A stretch of DNA of 64,000 nucleotides from NCBI GenBank assembly GCA_964016885.1, contig OZ024747.1, positions 34,844,001-34,908,000 on the forward strand, read 5' to 3'. The position numbers and the translations under genes were made by a program. This DNA comes from Eledone cirrhosa (taxonomy: Eukaryota). How positions within the stretch are numbered: the stretch's first letter is position 1; the number at the start of each line of letters is the position of its first letter. Positions 14,129 to 26,322 of this stretch are shown one piece after another. The notes under the pieces are model-generated. The model did not search any database. It had not been told where the DNA came from and worked only from the letters and a program-made list of their open reading frames with translations.

Positions 14129-14548
14129 ATATATAAACAACTATCTGGTTGTGGAACCAACCAACCAACCAGAAATTTATAAGTGCGTAGATTTGTAAAT
14201 ATATAAATTTATAAATATATAATAAATTGAAGTGAAAGCAACTGGTGCGTGTGTTTCTTATTGGCAACATGACCCTCCCAAAGTATAACAATATCGGTTT
14301 CAACACACGATTTCAGATAAAGAATCTTGCTAAACAAATTCAGAAACGAAATATATATATATATATATTCAGTTATTAGGATTATTCCAAAGCTTGGTAG
14401 AACAAGTTGTGAGGAAAGTTCTCAACATACGTTAAGGTGACTCGACAGGTTGGTAGGGATTCTGTAGTGGAAATACGAACAAACGAGGAGTGTACTCAGA
14501 GAAGAGAAATAGGACGAAGGTAAACAGTTACAAAATAATTTAATCCAC

Positions 14549-14649
14549 GTATTAACAATTGTTTCATCAGAATTTCAGTCCATTATTGCTAGACTATGTT
14601 ATAATAGGCAATCAAGAAAGATACTGTAGCATCAGAATTTTCAAAATAC
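14549..14649 (-). ncRNA. Degenerate hammerhead, U3:A8 core variant
   Basis: GTATT-TTGAAAA...GAAA-CAATTG-TT-AATAC; perfect stems I and III, poor stem II. Confidence 0.45.
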
Positions 14650-14955
14650 AAAGCTGGAATGACCTTAGGAAATGAAATAAGGGCTAGTAGTGTAAGATAG
14701 AGGAACAGAGAGAGAGAGGGGCAAAAGAGAGGGAGAGAGAGAGAGAAAAGGGAATGAGGTAGGGAGAGAAAGAGAAAGAGATAGTGTGGTGTGAGAGGAT
14801 TTGTAAGGGAGGGGTAGGAGGGTTGTGTACTAAAAGTTGTGATGAGTAGAGGGAGAGAGAAGGAAGATAGAATTTTAAGAGGCATTTGGAATTGGACAGG
14901 CGAAAGTCTTACCAGAGAACAGATGAAGGAAGAAAGTATTACATTTCATATATAG

Positions 14956-14986
<31 letters not shown>

Positions 14987-15031
14987 GATAAAGAACACCA
15001 GAGCGTCTACAACATCAACAGATTTTTATTG

Positions 15032-15076
15032 GCTTACAATGTTTCTTCCTTACGTAACCGTAGGATTCTCCAGATC
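15032..15076 (-). ncRNA. Hammerhead in pLTR (core mutated to CTGGAGA)
   Basis: CTGGAGA-ATCCTACG-GTTA-CGTAAGGA-A-GAAA-CATTG-TA-AGC; the sister arm at ~19951 has GCT-CTGAAGA but lacks stem II. Confidence 0.55.
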
Positions 15077-16870
15077 TATAAAAGGGGTTTGATTGGTGTT
15101 ATGGACTCTAGCAACCAAACATTCAAGAACAAAGAGTAAAGAGAGTAAATAGTAAATAGTAAGTCTAATTTTGGTGCGGGAGGGTGGGGTGTGGGTCCTT
15201 GTTTACTAGCTGTGGTCATATTCATTCCCGGGAGTCGAGTGGTTAGTGGAGCCATAGATGGGGTGGCGCCGATAGTAGGGTGAAGAGGGTGTACAGAGAC
15301 TACACACACACAAAGGGCATACAATATATATATAACGGAGGAGAAAGTACATGAAGTAATTAGAAATGGAATAAGAGTAATAATAATAATCTATAATTAA
15401 TAATGTATAATAAGGCATGGGGAAGATTACACTATAATAAGGTATAAAAGTAAGAATAAGGTAAAATATAAAGGAGGATAAGAGTGAAAATAAGGATAAA
15501 GATAAAACAAATATATATATAAAAAATATATAGAGAATATATAAAAAAAAATATAAGCAATTATTAGAAGGGAAAAACACAATGTAAAAAAAAACGATTT
15601 TGTCAAATAAAAATATTATAAATATGGGGTGAGAAAACGCGATAGAGAAATATAATCAAATGTGATTAGTTGAGAGAATATAAGATGATAATAGTTATGT
15701 CAAGTTTATACATCTTAATAGTAAATACTCTGTATATCAGAGTTACACATCCTTCAATTCACTTGCAAGTTCAACCCACGTGGCATAGTCCATTGCTCAT
15801 CTGTGCGGTCGTGTGCGTTTGTGTTTGACACCACAGCAGATGCACAAGTTCGTAAATTGCAATGCAGATAGACATCTATTTTTGCTCACCCAAACATTGA
15901 CGGAGGATTCAATATTCCTAGTTCATTGCCGACCCAATATGTGTGTGGTGTTATTTTAGTCGCACAAATCAATCACTTGGTTCAATATTATGGAGTATGG
16001 TTTTCTGGTCTTCGTTAAACTATCAGTGGTTGTATATCTCGAAATCACAAGGATCACAGTACTCCGGTTTGGTGTGATTATCGGTCATCCAACTATGTTG
16101 TCGGTTGGATTCAATTCTATTGCGCAGAACATAGAACTTTGGTGTTGATTGAACATTAACGTGGCAGAGTAAGATCGCATCTGTGGTACAAAACGGTACG
16201 CAAGGAAATTCTTCATCTTCGTTTCATCCGGGTCTAGCAGTCACGTGCAAGAACCGCTACGTAGTAATTATGAGGGTAAGCGGTCAAGATAGTAACTGAC
16301 CGAAAGTTTTCTTGGGAATTCACACAGGCATGACAGGTACATTTAGGTCAGCAGTTGCTTCATGTGTACGTGTGTCCGATACACACAGACACATATTTAT
16401 ATGTATTTCAACACAAAACATTCAATTGATTCGCTTATTGATATTATATCTCTGTTGCTCTAATGTGCATGTTGTGATGTCCTGGTCGTGTTAACCATTC
16501 ACTGTGTTTTGCCATTACTTTGGAATGTGATGTTTTGGTCATCAATAGTCCGGCAAGCGCATTCCTCTCTTATATTGTGGAGAATGGTGTTCTGGTCCTC
16601 AGTAAACATTTGGGTCAAGAGGAGGGGTGATGGTTCTCAGTTTCAACTGCGACAATACATATGTGTTACTCTACATATCGTGCTACTATCAAAGAAGAGT
16701 ATTATAGGAGGAATTCATGCCAAACACCACATATAGAGAAGACTTCTACAGGAAAAATATATATACATACACACATATAAACATATCATACACACACATA
16801 CACATATATACACATATACATACACATACATATACATATCACATATACACACACAATATATATGTATATA

Positions 16871-16902
<32 letters not shown>

Positions 16903-17004
16903 AATATATATGTATACAATATACACACACATGCATGTATGCACGTAAACATGCACATATATATACATATGTCTGTGTGTATGTGTGTGTGAGAGAAAAG
17001 GGGA

Positions 17005-17043
<39 letters not shown>

Positions 17044-17169
17044 AACCTTGTAAGGGACTGTTCCACCCATAGGCTGCCTATCTATCTGGGTTATGGGTTG
17101 GAGGGGGGGGGTTATAGTCAATGATGGGTATGTCTAGGTGGGGGTTGCGTAATATATGTTACGTCTATG

Positions 17170-19260
17170 TGCTAGGTTTAAAATAGAAGAAGGAACTCAG
17201 GATTTTGTGTTGGCAAGAGGATAACATTTCCGATTTTCTTTTAAGCAGGTTCAGTTTAGAGTGTATTATGGCATGGCATTCCAGTAAACACAGGTCACAA
17301 CTCCCGCTCTGCGGTCAGTATGGCGTGGATTTAGTAAGCTTCCTCCAAAAAAGTTTGTATGGGGTATTATTATTTTTTAAAAAGGAGATGTATCCCGCCA
17401 GTGAGGTGGCATTCTTATGCCTATCGTGTCTAAATGTGCACATGTGCGCGTTATATCTAGTTTTAAAAGTATTGGACGTTGATCCTATATATGTTTTAGT
17501 AGAGTTGTCTGTGGTTACGTCACATGCATATACGATGTTTTTCATGAGGCAAGCCCCCGTCAGGTGACAGTTACTACTCTGCCTACAACTGCAACTGCGG
17601 GTTGGATCAGTTAGCGTACCTCCCGAACTTTGGTTACTAGCATTATCACTAGGTGCCTCTGTATCATTAGATGGCTCAGTGATGCTATTATGTTGCCTAT
17701 TTTCCAGTGTAGTCGGTTGCTGGTGGTTAACCGCCATTTTAATTGTTTCGAAAACTTCCCTAGTTTTCCAAATGTTCGTGCGTGCTAGGTGTGATGCGAG
17801 GTTAAGTGTGGTCGAATAGGATAATTTAATCACGTTTTTGTTAATTATGTTGCGATATCTATTGCCTGGTGGGAAGTTATTTCTAATAATGAGAATAATA
17901 CTCTGGGGAGGTTAGTGAGGACCTCAGAGTTAAAAGGTGGGTTAAAATACATGTTTTTCCTTCTTCTATTTTTCTTATCTGTGGGGTGAGTCTCATTACT
18001 GTGCGTACTATTTTGTAGGGTTCCGTTATTAACGTTAGTGGCGTTGTCTGTTTTGCTTATGCCCGGATGGTTTATATTCATGGCATGATCATTTGCTGCT
18101 TTAGAGTTGTGGTGAGGGACTCTAGTATTGTCTCTACGTGGTTTACATTTAGCTGGGTTAGCGCCATTAGGGTGTTTACTATTATTCTTGCCTCTACGTT
18201 GGTTAGGCTTTGTGGCCATACTATGTGTGATTATGTTGGTAGGTTTCACACTCATGGTTTGGGAGCCCTTATGTATAAATGATAATCTATTCCCTTAACC
18301 AGATTCTGCTAGGGCCTTGTCATAATACTCTGCATTGGAGTTGAAGATACTCTCTATACAGGACAGTCTGCTAATTCTATTAGAGACCCCCTTGGGAATA
18401 GCGTTTAGGACTGATTTGGGGTGGTTGGAGCTGGCGTTTACATATGTTAGTCTATCATTAGGTTTATGGTAGGGTGCAAATGTTTTAGTTTCTGGGTCAA
18501 GGGTGGCGTCTAGGAAGTTTACTGTTTTGTCATTTGCATCTATGGTAATACTTAGATTAAAGCTTTTAAAGAACCTACGTAACTGTTTCCTAGTTCTTTC
18601 TATATTGCACTTTTTATACTCGAGAGTGAAGAGGGCGTCATCACGATATAAGCCGCCTTTCAGGTGTAGTAATGTCTCATGTAACTCCTTTAAGAGGTAC
18701 AATCCTACCAGGCCCGTTACTTGTGCAGAGTCACTAGATCCCATTGTGATGTCGAAGTTATTGGGCGTATTCTTGGGGTCCACAAATCGTCCTCAAATGT
18801 GATTATCGTTTTCCGGGCCGCAAGAATGACATCAATTTGGGACCTAGTGAGGTCACTTTTCTGCATGGCCATGATTAGGGCCTTATTAAGGAGTATGGGG
18901 GAGAATGAGGTGTAGTACGCGTCGATATCGAATTGTATAAATTTAAGGGATTTATGGTTGCTAAGGCTTGAGAACCATGTCAAAACTTCTTCCGTATTCT
19001 CCCATAGCTCTATATTTATTTTCCTCCTGATGGTAGGTATAACTGTTTCTACGTTTGGCACAAGGCCAGCAATTACCCAGTGCATTACTGGTACTTTATT
19101 TTATCGACCCCGTAAGGATGAAAGGCAAAGTTAACCTCAGCGAGATTTGAACTCAGAATAACAAGGGGCGTAACTCTATACGTCAAAGCATGGCATCCGA
19201 CCCTCTACCGATATTGCCAATCCACCGCCCTTGATGGTAGGTATAACGCCGTCTAAAATG
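17170..19260 (-). pseudogene. PLE RT + GIY-YIG endonuclease pseudogene
   Basis: QFDIDAYYTS, FDITMGSSDSAQV, GLYRDDAL, NFLDATLD, YFNPPFN, CSCRQSSNCHLTGAC, IVYAC...YIGST. Confidence 0.9.
19044..19231 (-). mobile_element. tRNA-derived SINE with 16-bp TSD
   Basis: A-box TGGCAATATCGG, B-box GTTCAAATC, core TTTGCCTTTCATCCTTACGGGGTCGATAAAA; TSD TGATGGTAGGTATAAC at 19028 and 19232. Confidence 0.9.
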
Positions 19261-19429
19261 TTCTTACTTTTTATATATTCTCTATATATTTTTTATATAT
19301 ATTTTTTTTATCTTTATCCTTATTTTCATTCTTATCCTCCTTTATATTTTACCTTATTCTTACTTTTGTACCTTATTATAGTGTAATATTCCCCATGCCT
19401 TATTATACATTATTAATTATAGATTATAA

Positions 19430-19615
19430 AGGGCGGTGGATTGGCAGTATCAGTAGAGGGTCGGACGCCATGCTTTTCAGCATAGTTACGTCCCTTTACG
19501 ATCTAAGTTCAAATCTCGCCGAGGTTGACTTTGCCTTTCATCCTTACGGGGTCGATAAAATAAAGTACCAGTAATGCACTGGTTAATTGCTGGCCTTGTG
19601 CCTAAAGTAGAAACA
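19430..19615 (+). mobile_element. tRNA-derived SINE, same family
   Basis: Same head and core; TSD ATTAATTATA(G/T)ATTAT; the site is empty in the sister pLTR arm at ~15390. Confidence 0.9.
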
Positions 19616-20600
19616 ATTAATTATATATTATTATTATTACTCTTATTCCATTTCTAATTACCTCATGTACTTTCTCCTCCGTTATATATATATATTGTAT
19701 GCCCTTTGTATGTGTGTAGCCTCTGCACACCCTATTCACCCTACTATCGACGCCACCCCCTCTATGGCTCCACTAACCACTCGACTCCCGGGAATGAATA
19801 TGACCACAGCTAGTAAACAAGACCCACACCCCACCCTCCTGCACTAAAATTAGACTTATCGTCCCCTGCTTTTTCTATTTACTCTCTTTACTCTTTGTTC
19901 TTGAATGTTTGGTTGCTAGAGTCCATAACACCAATCAAACCCCTTTTATAGCTCTGAAGAAACATTGTAAGCCAATACAAATCTTTTGATGTTGTAGACG
20001 CTCTTGTGTTCTTTATCATATATACGGCTCTGCTCCAAAGCATAGAGCTAATTATTATGCTGCCAATACCTTAATGGGACACAGCTATACAATACCTAAC
20101 TCCTATTAAGCTAAGTATATATATTCTGTGTTTCTCTCTTTCTCTCTTACTGCTCCCTCGTTCTCTTTGTTTCTCTTACTTTCTTTCGTCCCCTCTGCCA
20201 TGTCAGTTAACTCTTTCTCGCTACTGACCTCTTCCTCGCACTCCCACTCACTCAGTCCCTGTTTCTCCCCTTCTTTCTTCCTCTCGTTCGCTGGGAAAAC
20301 GGTTTTCATTCTTTCTAACACCTGATTCACTAGCGAAAGGTCTGTTTTCTGATTCGCTCATATATTCACACAGCTTATGCTGAAAGAATAACTATGTTGC
20401 TTGTGTTTATTTCCATCTTCGGTTAGCTTCCCCCTGTGTTTTTTACTTGTCTCACTCGCTTTACGCGTTTCTATTGTCCTAATAACTTATTTTAGTTATT
20501 ATCGCTCCAACGTGAGCTATATAATTTTTAATGCGATGAAATACCCATGATCGTTTGGTAAATCACTGATGAGGGACTCATTTTATAGTAAAATGAGGTA

Positions 20601-20690
20601 TCCCCTTGATAAGTCGGCAGACCTCGCAAGGACTCTATATCTTTATGATGTATTGTTTTTGTTTATGCCACGAAACTTCGTAGTCGAGGA
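20601..20690 (+). ncRNA. Degenerate hammerhead, U3:A8 core variant
   Basis: TCCCC-TTGATAA-GTCGGCA...TGCCAC-GAAA-CTTCGTAG-TC-GAGGA. Confidence 0.45.
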
Positions 20691-20918
20691 ATCTAGGAGC
20701 AGTTTAGGTATGATACATTTTATTACTAATTATATCTAAATGTTCCTTCTCTCTTCATAATGTATTTTTAACTCTGATACTGGTTCAGTCTGGTTCAACC
20801 GGATTGGTCTGTCCCAGTCATTCATTGAGCAACATCGGTGAGGTTGGCACCCTTAACTCACGGCTGGGTGTGGATGCATTCATGTATATGTGTGTGTCCG
20901 CATGTATCTGTGTGTTTC

Positions 20919-20993
<75 letters not shown>

Positions 20994-21026
20994 ATATGTA
21001 TAAATATACATATATATATATATACA

Positions 21027-21360
21027 TATTTCGTTTCTGCATTTGTCTAGCAAGATTCTTTATCCGAAATCGTGTGTTGAAACCGATATTGTTATACTTT
21101 GGGAGGGTCATGTTGCCAATAAGAAATACACGCACCAGTTGCTTTCACTTCAATTTATTATAATAAATTTATAAATTTAGGAATTTATAAGTTTCCGGTT
21201 GGTTGGTTGGTTTCACAACCAGATGGTTGTTTATATAATGTCAAAGTTCTTTCGTCACAGATTCTGTGACCTCTTCAGTGACTGGGGATTCTTTTCTTTG
21301 TTTTTGTGCCTCTCCTTTGTTCTGTCCTACGCCGTTTTGTTTACAAACAAACAAACCGAG
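21027..21360 (-). mobile_element. Solo pLTR of PLE family A with HHR at 21240-21282
   Basis: Homologous to 14030-14352; GTCA-CTGAAGA-G-GTCACAG-AAT-CTGTGAC-GAAA-GAAC-TT-TGAC. Confidence 0.85.
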
Positions 21361-21478
21361 CATTATAATAAATGTTTGGTAAACCGATACGTACATATAT
21401 ATATGTGCATGTATGTATATATATATACATACTACTGTATGTCTGTATACATGTATGTACGTATACATATATACTTGC

Positions 21479-21559
<81 letters not shown>

Positions 21560-22716
21560 TGTGTATGTGTATGTATGTATGAATGTATTTTCCCATCTAT
21601 TGTCATTCAACACACAATTCGACGTGAATGACTACAAAAACAAATATTTATTTTAATTATATTCCTTCATTAGACAATGAGCTTTCAATTTATTTTTTAT
21701 ATATTTCGTGCTTATTCTTTCTGTAATTATCCTCACTCACTTTGTTCGAAGACTTTTAATATTTATTTATAAGTCTCGCAATAACTTGCTTATTTCTGTA
21801 TTAATTTGTTTGTTTAGTCGATTTATTTGTAATATTAGATTACATCTAATTGTTATGCCATCCACGTAATAGTTTGGGATTAGTCAGAAGCCTAACTTTA
21901 CTCTCTATTGTCTCATTTAATGCTTTCTATTAATTAGATTTTATGTGTGTTTGTTACATCATCACTCTTTCGAGTGTTCTGTCATACAATAATGTCGTCT
22001 ACATGCTTACATGCTGTATATGGTTTCGCATACTATTGACTTGATACAAGGGTATTTTGTGGGAAAATCTACGTATAAATAAATATACACACACACGCAC
22101 ACACACACACACACATTTAATATTATTACTCTAAGGTAAAATACCTTAATGAGTGCTTAGCTGTACATTCCGATTGCATTCGTCAGCTTAGCTGCAGCTA
22201 GAGCTTCGATCATGCTGTACTTCCATTTGTATTATTATCGCCTAGACTTAATGATTAATTGATTAATTTTGTTTGATTGGTTAATTATTTACGTTTATTT
22301 AATAACGTCTGGTCGAGAGTTTATTAGGTTTGTGGAAAGGAAATTATTCCTTTGTTCAAAATTTGAATTTTGACCGCCAAATACCGGGAGTTACCTCCAT
22401 TTGGGAAAACCATGTGACCGCCAGCAGTCTTTACTGCTAAAATTCACTACCCGCGTGGCTGAGAACGTATACCTGTTGAGAAAGTTAATCCTCTGTTCGA
22501 TCTTCCAAAACCAATAACTTGCATGCTCCGCATGGATTTTCTTGATTTCGGATTCACAGAAACCTAACGGAGATATTGCTTAATATCGACGCGATGGTCC
22601 AGGTTTGTAAAATTATCCTGAAGCAGTTTTCTCGTTGTTTTGGTCCCTGCGGCTAGCTTACCGGTCACAATCTTCAATTTGCAAAGCTGTCTAAACGTAA
22701 TGTTATTACTCTAAGG

Positions 22717-22795
<79 letters not shown>

Positions 22796-22835
22796 TTCAA
22801 AATATTATCAAAATAGATATTCTTGTGATCAAGTA

Positions 22836-22902
22836 TATTTTATTATACATATTTCAGAGGTACTAAGTTAAATTCGACTGTACGTCCTCATCAGATAAAA
22901 TA
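22836..22902 (-). ncRNA. Type-I hammerhead ribozyme (inverted copy)
   Basis: Reverse complement of 22971-23037; stem III TATGTA. Confidence 0.7.
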
Positions 22903-22970
22903 AGATGATGCATGACATACCCAGACATAGTAGATGATTAAGATTCAGTCATGGTAGTCATGTATCATCT

Positions 22971-23037
22971 TATTTTATCTGATGAGGACGTACCGTTGAA
23001 CTCAACTCAGTACCTCTGAAATATATATAATAAAATA
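22971..23037 (+). ncRNA. Type-I hammerhead ribozyme
   Basis: TATTTTAT-CTGATGA-GGACGTAC...GTACCTCT-GAAA-TATATA-TA-ATAAAATA; 8-bp stem I. Confidence 0.78.
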
Positions 23038-23173
23038 TACTTGATCACAAGAATATCTATTTTGTTAATATTTTGAATTAATATGAATAACCCTGGAAAA
23101 TCATATTGGTGAGTGCTTCCAATCTATTGTAAAACACATTCTTTGATTTAATCATTGAAACTTGTTTAACTTT

Positions 23174-23227
<54 letters not shown>

Positions 23228-23234
<7 letters not shown>

Positions 23235-23288
23235 TGCCCCCTCGTTATCGAGTATGGCCATTGCACGAGGAGAAAGAAAAAAAAAAAG

Positions 23289-23330
<42 letters not shown>

Positions 23331-23732
23331 GGTGGCTGCCAACTCGTTTTCGAGTACGGCCACTACTTTATATCTATGTAGCAGAACCCCTACTGATGCG
23401 CTAAACAAGTGTGACTTTTAGTCCAGCCAGCGACTTGAAAACTCTGGTACAAACACTACACCTGTGACAATTATTGACACATAGTGCTGGGCCCCCGGTA
23501 CCATGTGACGACAAGTGTAGAGAGATCTCCAGATATAAAGCAATGCCTGTGCCGTGAAGCTTTTATAGTGAGCAAAGGCACTGCACAAAGCCAGTCCCAC
23601 TCTCTTAACCCAAGATGATATTTACCAAAAAGAAGAACAAGTCAACATCATTGGATACCATCAGGGTTGCAGGTGTTATATCAGAGTTTTCCTTCTCCTA
23701 GAATTCTGCCTTGACAAAGGCTAAGGGGTCAT
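23228..23732 (-). mobile_element. RTE-type 3' end (23228-23270) and truncated copy of the 9510 element (23330-23732)
   Basis: Reverse complement of 9715-10118; both pieces start TGGCTGCC next to (TA)n. Confidence 0.7.
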
Positions 23733-23946
23733 CTATATATACATATACATACATATACACACACACACACACACACATACTCACACACATACACACACAC
23801 ATACATTAATAACAATAATAATAATAATAATAATAATAACAACAATAATAATAACGACAACAACAATAATAATATACATATACATATATATATACACACA
23901 CACGCACACACATAAGCATATCTACACAAACACACACACACGAGAG

Positions 23947-24207
<261 letters not shown>

Positions 24208-24396
24208 CATATATATATAGATAATTTAATATATCAACTAACATAAGCGCACAGATGCACGCCCATGCCAGCAAATACACAGGTTATGTCATAGTACCTA
24301 GGTGGTTCAATGCAGGAGAATGCAGAACAATAATATAAAGGACGTAAAATAAGAAAATATTTTTTAAAAAAAAATTTTTTTCTTACTTAAATTTTC

Positions 24397-24478
24397 ACTC
24401 CAACTAATTAGTTTCTGCAATGGGATAAAGACAGTTACGTAATCCAACTGTCGAGAATTCATTGCGTCATCAGGAAGT
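24397..24478 (-). ncRNA. Hammerhead, inverted copy
   Basis: Reverse complement of 24773-24854. Confidence 0.72.
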
Positions 24479-24772
24479 CTATTCTCAGTTAAGTCTCCAG
24501 GCAATGCGCGGACACTGGCGGCTCATATAAAAATAATAATAATTCGGTAGATCGAACAGCTTGCGAGGACTGGATTCTATGTACCGAAATTCTCACTGCT
24601 TCAAGTCAGTGTCACGTGATTGATTCTTTAGAATCGGCCATTTGACTTGAAGCAGTGAGAATTTCGGTACATAGAATCCAGTCCTCGCAAGCTGTTCGAT
24701 CTACCGAATTATTATTATTTTTATATGAGCCGCCAGTGTCCGCGCATTGCCTGGAGACTTAACTGAGAATAG

Positions 24773-24854
24773 ACTTCCTGATGACGCAATGAATTCTCGA
24801 CAGTTGGATTACGTAACTGTCTTTATCCCATTGCAGAAACTAATTAGTTGGAGT
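24773..24854 (+). ncRNA. Type-I hammerhead with extended stem II
   Basis: ACTTC-CTGATGA-CGCAATG...[GACAGTT/AACTGTC hairpin]...CATTGCA-GAAA-CTAATTAG-TT-GGAGT. Confidence 0.75.
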
Positions 24855-25320
24855 GAAAATTTAAGTAAGAAAAAAATTTTTTTTTTAAAAATATTTTCTT
24901 ATTTTACGTCCTTTATATTATTGTTCTGCATTCTCCTGCATTGAACCACCTAGGTACTATGACATAACCTGTGTATTTGCTGGCATGGGCGTGCATCTGT
25001 GCGCTTATGTTAGTTGATATATTAAATTATCTATATTTATCTCCAAATCACTGATTTGTCGAGCAAACTTGTCAAAACCACTTCTAAAAAAACTTTTTTT
25101 TGGGGTGTTAGTAGGCGTCAGTCATCTTACCATCCCATTCCTTCTAACTAGCCTCTGTGTCACGTGATTGATTCTTTAGAATCGGCCATTTGACTTGAAG
25201 CAGTGAGAATTTCGGTACATAGAATCCAGTCCTCGCAAGCTGTTCGATCTACCGAATTATTATTATTTTTATATGAGCCGCCAGTGTCCGCGCATTGCCT
25301 GGAGACTTAACTGAGAATAG

Positions 25321-25402
25321 ACTTCCTGATGACGCAATGAATTCTCGACAGTTGGATTACGTAACTGTCTTTATCCCATTGCAGAAACTAATTAGTTGGA
25401 GT
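25321..25402 (+). ncRNA. Hammerhead, second tandem copy
   Basis: Same sequence as 24773-24854, 548 nt downstream. Confidence 0.75.
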
Positions 25403-25487
25403 GAAAATTTAAGTAAGAAAAAATTTTTTTTAAAAAAAATATTTTCTTATTTTACGTCCTTTATACATATATATATATATATATATA

Positions 25488-25537
<50 letters not shown>

Positions 25538-25767
25538 GGCTAGATTGCTTGGAAGATTCAGACGGGCATTTCTTTATCTCTTAGAAATTGAAATTTAAAC
25601 CGACAATAATCTTGAATTTTTACTTGAGATACTTTGATCAACAACCTTTGTAAAAGATATATAACCTATATTTAAAAGATATATAACCTATATTTAAACG
25701 TTGTTATTTTTTTGAATTTCTCATTTTAGGAGGTTTATTTTCGATTTCTTAGATATTTTTGTTTCTC

Positions 25768-25816
25768 TTACTCCGATGAGACAGGTCTTTGTCGTAATCG
25801 AAAGCTAGTTAAGTAA
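25768..25816 (+). ncRNA. Degenerate hammerhead
   Basis: TTACT-CCGATGA-GA...TC-GAAA-GCTAGT-TA-AGTAA; U4 mutated to C. Confidence 0.5.
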
Positions 25817-26187
25817 TTTAATTTTAATTTTATATTTAATTGAGTGAGTATATTTATTTGTTCTTGTTTCTTGTTTTTATATATCGATATTATAATAATT
25901 ATTGGGATTATATATACATTATATATACGTTACCAGTTATTTTAAATTGAAATAAAAAAAAAACCGATGTCTAGGTACTGAAACTCCGTTAAAATCATAT
26001 CCTATCTAAATCGTTCACGAATCTATATTTTTAACACATTTAAATTTAATTAATTGAATTCATTTTATTTTGCCTCCTTTTACATTTATTCTATATTCAT
26101 ATTATCATTTGCTTACATTTTGAGGTTGTTTTCCTTATTTATGATTACATCGCGAACACGTGTTTTCGAGGGGTCTCGAATAATAAT

Positions 26188-26322
26188 AATTGTTTCTACA
26201 ATAGGCACACAGCAATTACTCAGTGCATTGCTGGTACTTTATTTTATCGACCCCGTAAGGATGAAAGGCAAAGTTAATCTTGGCGGGATTTGAACTCAGA
26301 ATGGCAAGGGCCGTAACCCTAT
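26188..26322 (-). mobile_element. 5'-truncated tRNA-SINE
   Basis: GGTACTTTATTTTATCGACCCCGTAAGGATGAAAGGCAAAG core within (AAT)n. Confidence 0.85.

Larger units (their letters stand above)
11948..14352. mobile_element. Young 5'-truncated Penelope-like element in fold-back (inverted) configuration
   Basis: Two near-identical arms centred at ~13010, each with a GIY-YIG ORF and HHR-bearing 3' end, inserted in (TA)n. Confidence 0.92.
14985..20022 (-). mobile_element. 5'-truncated Penelope-like element with inverted pLTR arm (19265-20022 mirrors 14985-15545)
   Basis: Frameshifted RT + GIY-YIG ORF at ~17170-19260; matching inverted terminal arms flanked by (TA)n. Confidence 0.85.
22791..23082. repeat. 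~126-bp inverted repeat, each arm carrying a hammerhead
   Basis: 22791-22916 is the reverse complement of 22957-23082 with several mismatches. Confidence 0.88.
24217..25465. mobile_element. ORF-less 548-bp HHR unit: inverted arm 24217-24608 plus ~1.56 tandem copies 24609-25465
   Basis: GTGTCACGTGATTG at 24609 and 25157 (period 548); copies near-identical; flanked by (TA)n. Confidence 0.9.

Noticed and set aside
17315-17317. In-frame TGA in the PLE endonuclease as possible selenocysteine
   Set aside because: Not at an evident conserved Cys, the ORF is otherwise frameshifted and no SECIS was recognised; probably decay
19044-19231. tRNA gene
   Set aside because: A/B boxes belong to a multicopy SINE with TSDs; no cloverleaf
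24747-24944. Repeated 65-82 aa ORF MPGDLTENR in the 548-bp unit
   Set aside because: TTG start, ends differ between copies and it overlaps the ribozyme; no domain recognised
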